From assembly GCA_964456235.1 (NCBI GenBank), contig CAYWDX010000002.1:14061-78060 (forward strand): a DNA stretch of 64,000 nt. Direction: 5' to 3'. Positions 1 through 8,334 of this stretch are shown one piece after another (positions within the stretch are counted from its first letter, which is position 1; the number at the start of each line of letters is the position of its first letter). The notes below the pieces were generated by a model. The model had not been told where the DNA came from and searched no databases. It saw nothing but the letters and a program-made list of their open reading frames with translations. A program made the translations under genes and the position numbers. This DNA is from an uncultured Candidatus Saccharibacteria bacterium. GTDB taxonomy: Bacteria; Patescibacteriota; Minisyncoccia; UBA6257; 2-01-FULL-56-20.

Positions 1-451
1 AGGCGCCATCGGCGTCGCGCTTTCGGAAGCGGGTACCGAACGCGAAGGATTCATCCCTGCAATCCGCGATGGATTTTTGAGCGCGGGGATCATCGCAGGG
101 ATGGTGCTTTTTACTTTCTTCAATTTGGTCCAGCAGCTCTTGGCGCACGCAACATTGCTTCCGGGCGTGGTCGGCCCGGTAGGCATCTTTGGCATCGCCG
201 AGGAAACCGGGAAGATCGGGATGATTTACCTTTTGCAGCTTCTCGGCGTCATTTCGATCAACCTCGCCATCGTGAACCTGATCCCGTTCCCGGCGCTGGA
301 TGGAGGCCGCTTCATCATGGCGATCGTCGAAAAAATAAAAGGATCGCCGATTTCTTACAAAGTTGAAGCATGGATCAATGGCTTGGGTTTCGCATTTTTG
401 CTGGGACTCATGGTGCTGCTTACCGTGCGCGACGTGAGCGGTCTTTTGTGA
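1..451 (+). CDS. rseP: Site-2 (M50) intramembrane metalloprotease, 3' part; frame open to window start
   Basis: NLIPFPALDGGR motif plus TM helices; no upstream stop in frame to position 2. Confidence 0.88.
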   Translation, partial: GAIGVALSEAGTEREGFIPAIRDGFLSAGIIAGMVLFTFFNLVQQLLAHATLLPGVVGPVGIFGIAEETGKIGMIYLLQLLGVISINLAIVNLIPFPALDGGRFIMAIVEKIKGSPISYKVEAWINGLGFAFLLGLMVLLTVRDVSGLL

Positions 452-493
452 CCCGCGCTTTCATAAATTTTTAATTAAAGTATCATTAAGCCT

Positions 494-901
494 ATGGCCG
501 TGGACGACCAGAACATGAAAGAAAAATTAACCTCGGAGCAGTACCACGTGATGCGCGAGGGCGGGACCGAGGCCGCGTTCACGGGCAAATACTGGAACGA
601 GCACGCAAAGGGAATGTATAAATGCGCGGCTTGCGGTGCAGTTCTTTTTTCATCCGACACCAAATTTGAATCCGGCACTGGCTGGCCAAGTTTTACCGAG
701 CCGGCAAACCTCGAGCATATCGAACTGCGGCCCGATACCACGCATGGCATGAACCGCACCGAAGTCGTTTGTAAAAATTGCGGATCACACCTCGGCCACG
801 TCTTCGACGACGGCCCTGCTGACAAAGGCGGCAAACGCTACTGTATCAATTCTGTTTGTTTAGAATTGGAGAAAGAAGCGGGCCAAACTCAAGCGAAATA
901 A
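494..901 (+). CDS. msrB: Peptide-methionine (R)-S-oxide reductase
   Basis: GTEAAFTG, CAAC/CKNC zinc pairs, SGTGWPSF, HLGHVFDDGP, RYCINS. Confidence 0.96.
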   Translation: MAVDDQNMKEKLTSEQYHVMREGGTEAAFTGKYWNEHAKGMYKCAACGAVLFSSDTKFESGTGWPSFTEPANLEHIELRPDTTHGMNRTEVVCKNCGSHLGHVFDDGPADKGGKRYCINSVCLELEKEAGQTQAK

Positions 902-907
902 TCGCCG

Positions 908-2146
908 CTACTCGTACCGCAACGCCTCGATGGGGCTCTTTCTTGACGCCTGGCGCGCCGGGTAGATGCCGAATATGAGGCCGATCGCGGATGACACGCC
1001 GAGGCCGAGCAGCACCGCCGTGAGCGGCAATGAGAATGGCCAATTCAAACCGAAGAAGCGGGTGACCCCGAACGAGACGACGAATGATATGACGCCCCCG
1101 AGCGTAATCCCGATGACGCCGCCGACCGCAGTCAGGATGATAGCCTCGATTAAGAATTGCAGGAGGATGTCGCGATTGGTTGCGCCGATGGCTTTGCGGA
1201 GGCCGATCTCCTGGGTCCGCTCGGTGACTGAAACCAACATAATATTCATGATCCCAATGCCGCCGACGATGAGCGAGATGGCGGCGACCGCTGCAAGAAA
1301 TATCGTGAGCGCATTCAAGATGGTGCCGACGGTTTTCATGGCATCCTCTTGAGTCTGCACGAAGAAATCATCTTTGGTCGGATCAATGATCCCGTGATCG
1401 TTGCGGAGCGTCGCCGTCACGTCGATCACGGTCTGGCGCACGTTCGCGTCGGCATCCGCTTCCACGATAATGCGGTTGAAATATTTTATGCCGAACAAAT
1501 AGGTTTGCGCGGTCGTGTAGGGGAGGAACACCGATTCGTCAAAATTTAAGAACGACAGCTGGCCGGTTGAACCGAATTCACCAATCACCCGGAACGTGTG
1601 GTCTTTTATACGAACCCGTTGATCGATCGGAGAATTTTCACCAAAAAGCTGGGTAGCCACTTTGTGGCCAATGATGACGACGTCGGCGAGACCGTCCACT
1701 TCATCGCTCGTGAAGATGCGGCCTTCTGCGGGCACCACATTATAGATATCGGCGAAGAGCGGCGTCGCGCCAAAAATAGTTGGGTTGTAGGTTTGGTTTT
1801 GCCACGAAACGGTTTCGCTGCCGAAGACAATCGGCATGATGCTCGCGGCGTGGGGAACATTGGCCTTATTGCGAAGCGCGACGAGGTCGGCATTTTTGAG
1901 CGAGTCGGTGAAAGTTGAAATGAAATCGGTGGGGCCGGTCGGCTGGCGCCCCGGAATGATCGCGACCGTGCGCGAACCGATGCTCTGGATTTCGCCGAGG
2001 ATGAGCGATTGCGCGCCTTGCCCCAGCGACATCACGACAATGATCGCGGTGATGCCAATCACGATGCCAAGGATCGTAAGGAACGAGCGCGATTTATTGG
2101 TGCCAAGCCCGGTCGTTGCGGTCGCTACGAGGTCGCGCAATTTCAT
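908..2146 (-). CDS. MacB/FtsX-family ABC permease
   Basis: RSFLTILGIVIGI, GGIGIMNIMLVSVTERTQEIGLRKAIGA, PIEALRYE; ATG at 2146 abuts the upstream ATPase. Confidence 0.92.
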   Translation of the reverse strand: MKLRDLVATATTGLGTNKSRSFLTILGIVIGITAIIVVMSLGQGAQSLILGEIQSIGSRTVAIIPGRQPTGPTDFISTFTDSLKNADLVALRNKANVPHAASIMPIVFGSETVSWQNQTYNPTIFGATPLFADIYNVVPAEGRIFTSDEVDGLADVVIIGHKVATQLFGENSPIDQRVRIKDHTFRVIGEFGSTGQLSFLNFDESVFLPYTTAQTYLFGIKYFNRIIVEADADANVRQTVIDVTATLRNDHGIIDPTKDDFFVQTQEDAMKTVGTILNALTIFLAAVAAISLIVGGIGIMNIMLVSVTERTQEIGLRKAIGATNRDILLQFLIEAIILTAVGGVIGITLGGVISFVVSFGVTRFFGLNWPFSLPLTAVLLGLGVSSAIGLIFGIYPARQASRKSPIEALRYE

Positions 2147-2147
2147 A

Positions 2148-2867
2148 CTATTTTTCAAAGTCGGCTTCGGCGCGCCGACGGGCGCCCACTTTTTCATCGC
2201 GCACCACGCGTCCGTCCATAACGTGGAGGATGCGCTCGGCGTGTTCAGCCGTGTGGGTTTCGTGGGTGATCAATATAATAGTGTGCCCATGGTTTTCATT
2301 CAGTTCTTGAATAGTTTCCATAACCGCCCGTCCTGATTTCGAATCAAGGTTTCCGGTCGGCTCGTCAGCGAAGATTACTTCTGGCGAGAGGACGAGCGCC
2401 CGGGCGATCGCGACCCGTTGGCGCTCACCGCCCGAGAGCTGCGCTGACGAATGCCGAACGCGGTGCGAGAGGCCAACGGTTTGGATAGCGTGCATCGCCG
2501 TCGCCTCCCATTTTGATTCCGGCACATGGGAATAGAGCAGCGGCAACTTTACGTTTTCCAAAACCGTCGTTCGCGAAAGCAAATTAAATGATTGAAAAAT
2601 AAATCCCATCTTGCGATTGCGGATATGGGCAAGCTCGTCTTCGGTGTACGACGACATCTCGCGGCCTTCGAAAAAATATTCTCCGCTGGTAGGGCGATCG
2701 AGGAACCCGAGAACGTGCAGTAGGGTAGATTTTCCAGAACCGGATGGCCCCATGATGGCGACGAACTCACCTTTCTTGATCGAAAGGGAGACGTCGCTTA
2801 CGGCGACGGTTTGCGATTCATCCGTGCCATAAATTTTGCGGAGCGATTTTGCTTCGATGAGTGCCAT
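2148..2867 (-). CDS. ABC ATP-binding protein (MacB/LolD-like)
   Basis: [33 protein letters not shown]. Confidence 0.95.
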   Translation of the reverse strand: MALIEAKSLRKIYGTDESQTVAVSDVSLSIKKGEFVAIMGPSGSGKSTLLHVLGFLDRPTSGEYFFEGREMSSYTEDELAHIRNRKMGFIFQSFNLLSRTTVLENVKLPLLYSHVPESKWEATAMHAIQTVGLSHRVRHSSAQLSGGERQRVAIARALVLSPEVIFADEPTGNLDSKSGRAVMETIQELNENHGHTIILITHETHTAEHAERILHVMDGRVVRDEKVGARRRAEADFEK

Positions 2868-4430
2868 CTACTGCGGCGTGCGGAGTACTTGGTCGCCCTC
2901 GTTCAAGCCCGAGGTGATTTCAATGTTCCCATTCGTGTCGCGGATGCCAACGGTCACCGAGCGTTTTTCGAGCGGCTGCCCATTCCCGTGATACACCTGG
3001 ACGGTTCTATTCCCGTCGGCGTCGGTGATCACGGCACGCTGGGGCACGGAGAGCACATTGGTGTGGGTCGCCGTCGTAATGTCAATATTCGCGGTCATGC
3101 CTGGCTTCACATCGGGCGTGAGGTCAAACATAAATTTTGTTTTATACGTTGGGACGCCTTCGACAACCGTCTCACCCGGGTCAATATAAGTAACGTTGCC
3201 GGTGAAGGTGCGGCCCTGGAATGCATCGAGCGTCATCGAGGCATTGTTTCCGATGCTTACTTTTCCGATATCGGCTTCTGCAATATTGGCATCAACTTCG
3301 AGGCCCTGGTTTGAAATAATAGAAACGAGAACGACGCCCGGCGATGCAATTTCACCAACTTTGGCATCCTGCTTCGTGATCGTTCCGGCAACGGGCGCAA
3401 CGAGCGACGCTTTCGCGAGTTGCGCCTGGATCGCTTGTACCGCCGCCTGCGCCTGTTCAACCTGTGCTTGCTGCGCGGCGATGTCCTCCGCGGTCGGACC
3501 AGCGACGGTTTTATTGAGTGAAGCTTGTAATCCAGCGATCGTTAATTTTTGTGAGGCGATGCTCTGCGCCGCACCGCTCACGCCGGTGTTCGCGCCATTG
3601 ATCTCGGTAAGTGCAGTCGCAAGGTCATTTTTATATGTTGCGAGCGTGGAAGCGGAAAGGTTGCTTTGTTCGAGGAGCGCCTGCCCGGCGGTCGTTAAAA
3701 GATTTGCAACAACACCGAGATGTGCGACGCCATTTTGCAGGGAAGCCTCAAGTGTTGACGTGGGCGAGCTCGCAGAAATCATCGAGAGCTCGCTCTGCCA
3801 TTGGTTCAAGACTCCGCTCGCCTGGACCCGTTGGGAAACGATGTCGTTAAGTACCTGGGAGTCGTTCACATTAAATGTGAGCTGCGGGTTCGGCGTTTCT
3901 GCGTTGTAGAAAAACGGGGAAATCTGATTGCGCACCGCGTCATTCGCCTTTGCATAGCCGTCGAGCAACGTTGAGGGAATATTCGAATACATATTGGCCA
4001 GATCCTGTTTAGCTTTGTTGAGCGACGCCTGCGCGGCGGCAATATCTTCCGGCCGCGAGCCAGCCTGGAGCGATTTCAGTTTTGCGGTTTGCGCATCGGC
4101 GTTTGCACGCGCTTCTGCGAGCTGCGCCGCGAGGTCGCTCGAATCAAGGCGCGCGATAACGTCACCGGCATTCACCGCAGCGCCAACATCCGCATTCACG
4201 ACGGCCACGGTTCCACCGGTTTGAAAAGCCAAATCAACGTCATGGATCGGCACGGTATTGCCAGTGACGCTCACGATTTGGGTAAGGGTGCCGCGCTTGA
4301 CCGTTGCGAGATCGTAGGTTTTCGACTTTGGCGCGAACCAAAGCTGGTACCCGCCCCAGGCAAGCAAAATAACTATTCCAAAATAGACGAACGTCCGCGG
4401 TTTTTTGAATCGAGCCTTAAAAGAAGCCAT
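2868..4430 (-). CDS. Efflux membrane-fusion (MacA/HlyD-like) adaptor with long helical insert
   Basis: N-terminal TM, lipoyl-like halves, coiled coil, KPGMTA, GLNEGDQV; operon with MacB parts. Confidence 0.88.
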   Translation of the reverse strand: MASFKARFKKPRTFVYFGIVILLAWGGYQLWFAPKSKTYDLATVKRGTLTQIVSVTGNTVPIHDVDLAFQTGGTVAVVNADVGAAVNAGDVIARLDSSDLAAQLAEARANADAQTAKLKSLQAGSRPEDIAAAQASLNKAKQDLANMYSNIPSTLLDGYAKANDAVRNQISPFFYNAETPNPQLTFNVNDSQVLNDIVSQRVQASGVLNQWQSELSMISASSPTSTLEASLQNGVAHLGVVANLLTTAGQALLEQSNLSASTLATYKNDLATALTEINGANTGVSGAAQSIASQKLTIAGLQASLNKTVAGPTAEDIAAQQAQVEQAQAAVQAIQAQLAKASLVAPVAGTITKQDAKVGEIASPGVVLVSIISNQGLEVDANIAEADIGKVSIGNNASMTLDAFQGRTFTGNVTYIDPGETVVEGVPTYKTKFMFDLTPDVKPGMTANIDITTATHTNVLSVPQRAVITDADGNRTVQVYHGNGQPLEKRSVTVGIRDTNGNIEITSGLNEGDQVLRTPQ

Positions 4431-4507
4431 GGGTTCGTATATCACTTATCATATCACAATTCCTTCATTTGACAGGCCAAAGATAGTTAATACACTTAAC
4501 TGTATTC

Positions 4508-5311
4508 ATGAGCCCCATCATCACGGTTAAAAATCTGGTGAAACAATTCGGCGATTTCGTCGCGGTCAAAAATATTTCTTTCGACGTGACGAAGGGCGAA
4601 ATTTTTGCATTCCTCGGCCCGAATGGGGCGGGCAAATCAACCACGATTAAAATGCTTACGACGCTGCTCCATCCGACGAGCGGTGAGATCACCCTCGACG
4701 GCCACAATCCCGCGCGTGATCCGGCGGCGGTGCGCCGGTCCTTCGGCATCGTCTTCCAGGACCCCAGTCTCGACGACGAGCTTACGGCCCAAGAAAATAT
4801 GGAATTTCACGGCGTCCTCTATGGTGTCTCGAAACAGCTCCGGCGCGATCGTATCCCCGAACTTTTGAAGTTTGTTGATCTGTGGGACAGGAAGGACAAT
4901 CTTGTAAAAGAATTTTCGGGCGGGATGAAGCGGCGGCTTGAGATCGCGCGCGGCCTCCTCCACCATCCCAAAGTTATTTTTCTTGACGAGCCGACGCTCG
5001 GCCTCGATCCGCAAACACGCAACCACATGTGGGAGTATCTCAAAAAATTAAACGCCGAAGAGGGGATTACGGTATTTTTCACGACACACTACATGGAAGA
5101 AGCCGATCGCATTGCGCAGCGCATCGCGATCATCGATCACGGGACGATTGTTGCGTCGGGGTCATCCGCCCAATTAAAAGAGCAAACCAAAAAACAGTCG
5201 CTCGAAGAGGCATTCCTCGAATTGACCGGGAAAACGATTCGGGAGGACCAAGCGTCGACGGTCGAAAATTTCCGCAACATGGCACGCATGTGGCGCGGCG
5301 GCAGAAAGTAA
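4508..5311 (+). CDS. ABC-2 exporter ATP-binding protein (DrrA-like)
   Basis: GPNGAGKST, FSGGMKRRLEIARG, LDEPTLGLDPQTR. Confidence 0.93.
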   Translation: MSPIITVKNLVKQFGDFVAVKNISFDVTKGEIFAFLGPNGAGKSTTIKMLTTLLHPTSGEITLDGHNPARDPAAVRRSFGIVFQDPSLDDELTAQENMEFHGVLYGVSKQLRRDRIPELLKFVDLWDRKDNLVKEFSGGMKRRLEIARGLLHHPKVIFLDEPTLGLDPQTRNHMWEYLKKLNAEEGITVFFTTHYMEEADRIAQRIAIIDHGTIVASGSSAQLKEQTKKQSLEEAFLELTGKTIREDQASTVENFRNMARMWRGGRK

Positions 5312-5332
5312 TAATTTTTTAATTAAGAAATT

Positions 5333-6079
5333 ATGAAAACCATTTATATCCTGTGGCTTCGCCAACTCAAGCGATATATTCGTTCACGATCGCGCATCGT
5401 CGGATCCCTCGGCCAACCACTCTTGTTTCTCCTCGCGCTCGGCTATGGGTTGGGGTCAACCTTCGCAGCCGCCGGAAAAGGAAATTATTTTGACTTCCTC
5501 GCACCGGGCATCATCGGCATGAGCATCATTTTTACCGCAATCTTTTCTGGCATTGAACTCATCTGGGATCGCCAGTTCGGCTTCTTGAAGGAAACCCTCG
5601 TGGCGCCGGTTTCTCGCATGAATATCATGATCGGCCGCACGCTTGGCGGCGCAACCGTTGCGACGCTCCAGGGCTGCATCGTTTTCGTCATCACGCTTTT
5701 CTTTGGATTCAGGCCCTATAGCTGGGCCTTCATCCCCGTGCTCATTATCTTCATGCTCCTCGTCGCACTCCTTTTTACGGCGCTCGGTACCGCAATCGCG
5801 TCGCTCCTCGAAGACATGCAAGGATTCCAACTCATCATGAATTTTCTCGTGATGCCACTGTTCTTCCTTTCTGGCGCGCTCTTTCCGATCGGCGGTTTGC
5901 CATCGGTACTCGGCGCGCTCGTCAAAGTTGACCCGCTTTCCTATGGCGTCGATTCGTTCCGGGCGCTGCTCCTTAATTCGGCAACGTTTGGCCTCGGCCT
6001 CGATCTCGCCGTGCTTACCCTGGTGACCATCACCTGCCTTATCGCCGGCAGCTATCTTTTTTCTCGAATCGAAGTTTAG
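5333..6079 (+). CDS. ABC-2 type permease (DrrB-like)
   Basis: Six TM helices, DRQFGFLKETLVAPVSR, FLSGALFP. Confidence 0.92.
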   Translation: MKTIYILWLRQLKRYIRSRSRIVGSLGQPLLFLLALGYGLGSTFAAAGKGNYFDFLAPGIIGMSIIFTAIFSGIELIWDRQFGFLKETLVAPVSRMNIMIGRTLGGATVATLQGCIVFVITLFFGFRPYSWAFIPVLIIFMLLVALLFTALGTAIASLLEDMQGFQLIMNFLVMPLFFLSGALFPIGGLPSVLGALVKVDPLSYGVDSFRALLLNSATFGLGLDLAVLTLVTITCLIAGSYLFSRIEV

Positions 6080-6121
6080 TCATTGCCCAAGCTCCGAACC
6101 ATATTTTGTTAAAATAAAATT

Positions 6122-6808
6122 ATGAAAATTGTTTGGAACCGCGTTACGCCACTCTCCAAATTCTTCGCGCTTGTGCTATTTGTCCTGCTTCCGTTCATCG
6201 GATTCTGGCTCGGCACCCAGTATGGGAAAGCGCTGTCGCTCATCAACGGGACGCCGGGAACTTCAAACTATTACCAGAGCGTCGCAAGCTGGCAAAAGGA
6301 TTCAAATGACCCAGATTTTTCGATTTCGTATCCAATCGACTTTGAATATCAAGATAATTACACGGGCCAGCCGACGACGGACTGGCGCGTTGGCGCGAGC
6401 GCCGGGGAGCTCGGTGTAAATGCGTTCACGCTGGCCATCCCTCGGTCGTTTGAACCGCAAACTAATTTTGCCGATGCTAAGCTCACCGTGGGCCACAGCG
6501 AGAATAGCGCCGCAGTCGAACATTGCATGAAACAAGACCAGTCTGGGAGCACGGCGACACCCGCCTCGACCGCAAGCATCAATGGAACGGCATTCACCGT
6601 TTTTCATTCAAGCGGCGCCGGCGCGGGCAACTTTTATGAAACGACGAGTTATCGGACGCTCCATGCCGGCGGATGCTGGGCCATCGAATACACGATTCAC
6701 TCAACCCAGATCGGCAATTACCCGGCATCTTACGGCTTGCAACCATTTAACAAAACAAACGTGACCGATCTTTTGGATCGGATTGTGGGAACGTTCAACT
6801 TCACCTAG
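6122..6808 (+). CDS. Membrane-anchored extracytoplasmic hypothetical protein
   Basis: N-terminal TM (VTPLSKFFALVLFVLLPFIGFWLG), beta-rich body; extended -10 at 6107-6115. Confidence 0.75.
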   Translation: MKIVWNRVTPLSKFFALVLFVLLPFIGFWLGTQYGKALSLINGTPGTSNYYQSVASWQKDSNDPDFSISYPIDFEYQDNYTGQPTTDWRVGASAGELGVNAFTLAIPRSFEPQTNFADAKLTVGHSENSAAVEHCMKQDQSGSTATPASTASINGTAFTVFHSSGAGAGNFYETTSYRTLHAGGCWAIEYTIHSTQIGNYPASYGLQPFNKTNVTDLLDRIVGTFNFT

Positions 6809-6838
6809 CCACGCAAACCGCCGAACTATTTCGTCCAA

Positions 6839-7402
6839 CTATTTCGCGTGAGATTTTAGGAGGTCCGCAAATTCTTTTTCAAGTTTTTGGACCTTCGGCT
6901 CAATGATGACCTGGCAATAGGCCTGGGTGCGATTATTTTTAAAATAATTTCGGTGATATTCTTCGGCCGCATAAAATTGGTCGAGCGGTTTCACTTCGGT
7001 CACAACCGGCCGTCCATCCGGGTCACCCTCGTTAATCTTTTTTATAAACGCTTCCGCCTCGCTGCGCTGCTTATCAGATGTATAGAGAATGGCTGACCGA
7101 TATTGCGTGCCAATGTCATTGCCCTGGCGATTCCGCGTGGTCGGATCATGCGTCGCAAAGAAAACCGTCAAGAGGTCATTAAAACTGATCTCGTCCGGGT
7201 CAAAGTCAATCTTGATGACTTCGGCGTGCCCGGTTCCGCCGGAGCAGACTTCCTCATAAGTAGGCGCCTTGGCGCCCGCGGGCGGGGGATTACCACCGGC
7301 GTAGCCGGGCATAACAGCCAAAACCCCTCGCAGTTCGCTAAAAACTGCCTCCGTACACCAAAAACAACCCCCACCAAAGACTGCTGTTTCTTTTTGGGGC
7401 AT
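6839..7402 (-). CDS. msrA: Peptide-methionine (S)-S-oxide reductase
   Basis: GGGCFWC, YEEVCSGGTGHAE, HDPTTRNRQGNDIGTQYRS, AEEYH; ATG at 7402 lies 6 nt after TG-C-TATATT. Confidence 0.96.
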   Translation of the reverse strand: MPQKETAVFGGGCFWCTEAVFSELRGVLAVMPGYAGGNPPPAGAKAPTYEEVCSGGTGHAEVIKIDFDPDEISFNDLLTVFFATHDPTTRNRQGNDIGTQYRSAILYTSDKQRSEAEAFIKKINEGDPDGRPVVTEVKPLDQFYAAEEYHRNYFKNNRTQAYCQVIIEPKVQKLEKEFADLLKSHAK

Positions 7403-7500
7403 GCGGAAAATATAGCATAAATACGGATCGGCTGGTAATTTCCCCACGTTTCATCCACAGGTTATCCAGTTTATTAGGCCTTTTTTGCTGGTTTTCCCAC

Positions 7501-7528
7501 TTGACGCATTTTTTCTGTGGATTAGTAT
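7501..7528 (+). promoter_or_regulatory. Sigma70-type promoter driving the non-coding region
   Basis: TTGACG (7501-7506), 16 nt, TAGTAT (7523-7528); same -35 hexamer and spacing as the rpsB promoter. Confidence 0.7.
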
Positions 7529-7535
7529 GACTATC

Positions 7536-8225
7536 AGCGGCCAGGTTAGGCTAGGCTAGGATCGGATTCGACACACTGGGTTTGACAACAGATCTGAAAG
7601 CGGACGCAAGGAGTCGGCAGCATGGTGGAACTAGTCTGAAGAAGCCACCGGCAGCCATCGATTGGCGCTTAAGGGTGCAAGCCTAAGAGCGGCGAAAGAA
7701 TTTCTTGCGGACGAGCTGAAAAGCTGAAAATAGAGAAGTCGGCCTGGAACGCTAAGGCGAAGTGGGCTGACAAAGGCAAATTCGTGGATGTGGCACCATA
7801 AGCAGAAACTGTGCGCAAGCATAGCGACTGCCGGTGTCAAATGAGCAGATGAGCGGTCTCTCATGGAGGTCGCACAAAGGTAGTCCACGTCAGGGTCTAG
7901 CATAGATCGGTCGGGGCAACTCGACAGGTCGCGAGCTAGATCCGTGCTCAAATCCGGGGCGTACGAGGAGCAATTCTCAAACGTTCAGGAATGCCTACGG
8001 GAATGTACGTAGCAGTGCGCAGATGAACGCGACCGCAAGGTTGCGAGGCAGATGCGACAATGCCGCGCGAGAGATCGCGCGTTGACGTACGGATGGATGT
8101 TCCCGTGATCCGGCTGTGCCACGTGCGCGCCGATGATCAATAGGAAAGTCTCTATGCTTTCGATTATCCAAAAACGAGAGGGGCTGGGGGAGCGCTGCTT
8201 GCAGTGGCTTCCCCGCCCATTCCCG
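7536..8225 (+). ncRNA. Candidate large, highly structured ncRNA (~690 nt), family unassigned
   Basis: No credible ORF; bounded by promoter and terminator; seven GNRA-capped hairpins, nested long-range helices with G-U pairs favouring the + strand, and loop-loop complementarities. Confidence 0.75.
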
Positions 8226-8234
8226 TTAAAATCC

Positions 8235-8270
8235 AGGGGCGCTTCTACGGAAGCGCCCTTTCTTTTATTA
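8235..8270 (+). terminator. Intrinsic terminator of the ncRNA
   Basis: GGGGCGCTTC-TACG-GAAGCGCCCT stem (cUACGg loop) followed by TTCTTTTATT. Confidence 0.85.
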
Positions 8271-8272
8271 AA

Positions 8273-8310
8273 AAAAACAAAGATGCCCACCTCGGGGCAT
8301 CTTTGTTTTT
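8273..8310. terminator. Second, bidirectional intrinsic terminator (serves the convergent gene ending at 8335)
   Basis: AAAAACAAAGATGCCC-ACCTCG-GGGCATCTTTGTTTTT perfect inverted repeat with A/T tails. Confidence 0.85.
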
Positions 8311-8334
8311 GTGCCGACGACGCGATCGTCGAAG

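Noticed and set aside
7558-7575. GGATTCGAC resembles the tmRNA 5' motif
   Set aside because: No GGGG acceptor stem, no 3' T-loop/CCA end and no tag ORF ending in an Ala-rich stop; the unit is also about twice tmRNA length.
8140-8155. AGGAAAGTC resembles the RNase P P4 motif
   Set aside because: It lies near the 3' end rather than the 5' end, and the partner ACAgAAnnCGGCUUA motif is absent.
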